37,577 bases of DNA, taken from positions 1-37,577 of the forward strand of contig JBBTSB010000012.1 in NCBI GenBank assembly GCA_038064915.1. Reading direction: 5' to 3'. The DNA is from Patescibacteria group bacterium (GTDB lineage: Bacteria; Patescibacteriota; Minisyncoccia; 2-02-FULL-40-12; IGHO2-01-FULL-4-A). The notes under the pieces are model-generated. The model ran no database searches and was not told the origin of the DNA. It saw nothing but the letters and a program-made list of their open reading frames with translations. A program made the position numbers and the translations under genes. Positions 36,778 to 37,577 of this stretch are shown here, one piece after another. Positions within the stretch are counted from its first letter, which is position 1. Each line of letters starts with the position of its first letter.

Positions 36778-37437
36778 ATGTGTGGAGCAAAGCCTCTCGG
36801 GAAAGTATCTCAGCGGTGGTCCTCAAAGTTTGCATATGCCATTGGTCTGATGACTACTGATGGATGTCTTTACAATGATGGTCGCCATATGAGCCTGACA
36901 ACAAAGGATGCGGAGCAGGCAAAAAATTTTATTGATGCCCTTGGTCTTACCGTCTCGATTGGTATGAAAAGTAGCGGCAGTTCTTCAGAAAAGAAATATT
37001 ATCACATCCAGTTTGGCGATGTATTGTTTTATGGTTTTTTGAAAAGTATCGGACTCACACCAGCAAAGTCTCGGACGATAGGAGCCCTCCAAATACCCGA
37101 TGATTATTTCTTCGATTTCCTTCGTGGACACTATGACGGAGACGGAACATTCTATTCGTACTTCGATCCTCGATGGAGATCAAGCTTCATGTTCTACACA
37201 GTTTTTGTTTCAGCAAGTATTAAGCACATATGCTGGCTCCAGGAACAAATTAGCAAAAGAATTGGGGTCCACGGACATATTACAGGAAAAAACGCAAAGG
37301 GTATTGCGTATCAATTGAAATATGCAAAAGCTGAATCCTTGCAATTATTACCGAAAATGTATTATGATAAGCAGGCAATCTGTTTATCAAGGAAACGAGA
37401 CAAGATACGAAAAGCAGTACCGTTCTTGCAAATCTGA
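36778..37437 (+). CDS. LAGLIDADG-family homing endonuclease (two-motif, monomeric type)
   Basis: Two LAGLIDADG motifs: FAYAIGLMTTDGCLY and DFLRGHYDGDGTF. About 220 aa. Free-standing, ending 5 nt before tRNA-Leu(GAG). Confidence 0.8.
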   Translation: MCGAKPLGKVSQRWSSKFAYAIGLMTTDGCLYNDGRHMSLTTKDAEQAKNFIDALGLTVSIGMKSSGSSSEKKYYHIQFGDVLFYGFLKSIGLTPAKSRTIGALQIPDDYFFDFLRGHYDGDGTFYSYFDPRWRSSFMFYTVFVSASIKHICWLQEQISKRIGVHGHITGKNAKGIAYQLKYAKAESLQLLPKMYYDKQAICLSRKRDKIRKAVPFLQI

Positions 37438-37442
37438 TGAAT

Positions 37443-37528
37443 GCGGACGTGGAGAAATGGCAGACTCGCATCCTTGAGGTGGATGTGCCCGTAAGGGCGT
37501 GGAGGTTCGACTCCTCTCGTCCGCACCA
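37443..37528 (+). tRNA. tRNA-Leu (anticodon GAG), 86 nt, long variable arm, CCA encoded
   Basis: Acceptor GCGGACG/CGTCCGC, anticodon stem CATCC/GGATG with loop TTGAGGT, variable arm GCCC-GTAA-GGGC, T-arm GGAGG-TTCGACT-CCTCT, ACCA end. Confidence 0.8.
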
Positions 37529-37577
37529 GACAGGACTTTCAGAAAAATCCCGCTCCGAATCCGAAAAACCCCCCGCC

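Overview
The window reads as a compact, AT-rich (roughly 40-45% GC) bacterial chromosome segment. Its gene content and style are consistent with a small-genome CPR/Patescibacteria-like or Gram-positive-like organism; this is inference only. Evidence for that style: seven tRNA genes, a 4-domain S1 protein, a short ValRS, sortase plus an LPXTG substrate, and free-standing homing-endonuclease ORFs.

Core genes present are cca, infC-rpmI-rplT, tsaD, valS, gyrA, rpsA, ftsH, rplS and an RluA-family pseudouridine synthase. The tRNAs are Arg-CCT, Ala-GGC, Glu-TTC, Leu-TAG, Ile-TAT, Val-TAC and Leu-GAG.

The accessory or unusual content I can support from the sequence:
- A histidine-phosphatase gene interrupted by a C10 homopolymer frameshift.
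- A ~3.2 kb GC-rich island (about 55-65% GC) next to tRNA-Leu(TAG). It encodes a flotillin-like SPFH protein and a translationally coupled pair: a secreted protein and a proline-rich membrane protein.
- A tightly coupled operon: methyltransferase, a membrane-anchored solute-binding-like protein, and three tandem paralogous small secreted proteins with signal peptide plus two hydrophobic helices (VirB2/TrbC-like pilin topology). The third carries a C-terminal extracellular domain.
- A GIY-YIG nuclease plus P-loop kinase-like two-gene cassette, bracketed by ~65-bp direct repeats that duplicate the 5' end of a CAP-domain gene. One repeat copy is broken by a 56-bp GC-rich palindromic insert.
- Two LAGLIDADG-type ORFs, each abutting the 5' end of a tRNA gene.
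- A tRNA-Ile with a UAU anticodon.
- Two large surface proteins with PT repeats, one with an LPXTG signal and an adjacent sortase.

No CRISPR array, rRNA or obvious IS transposase was seen.
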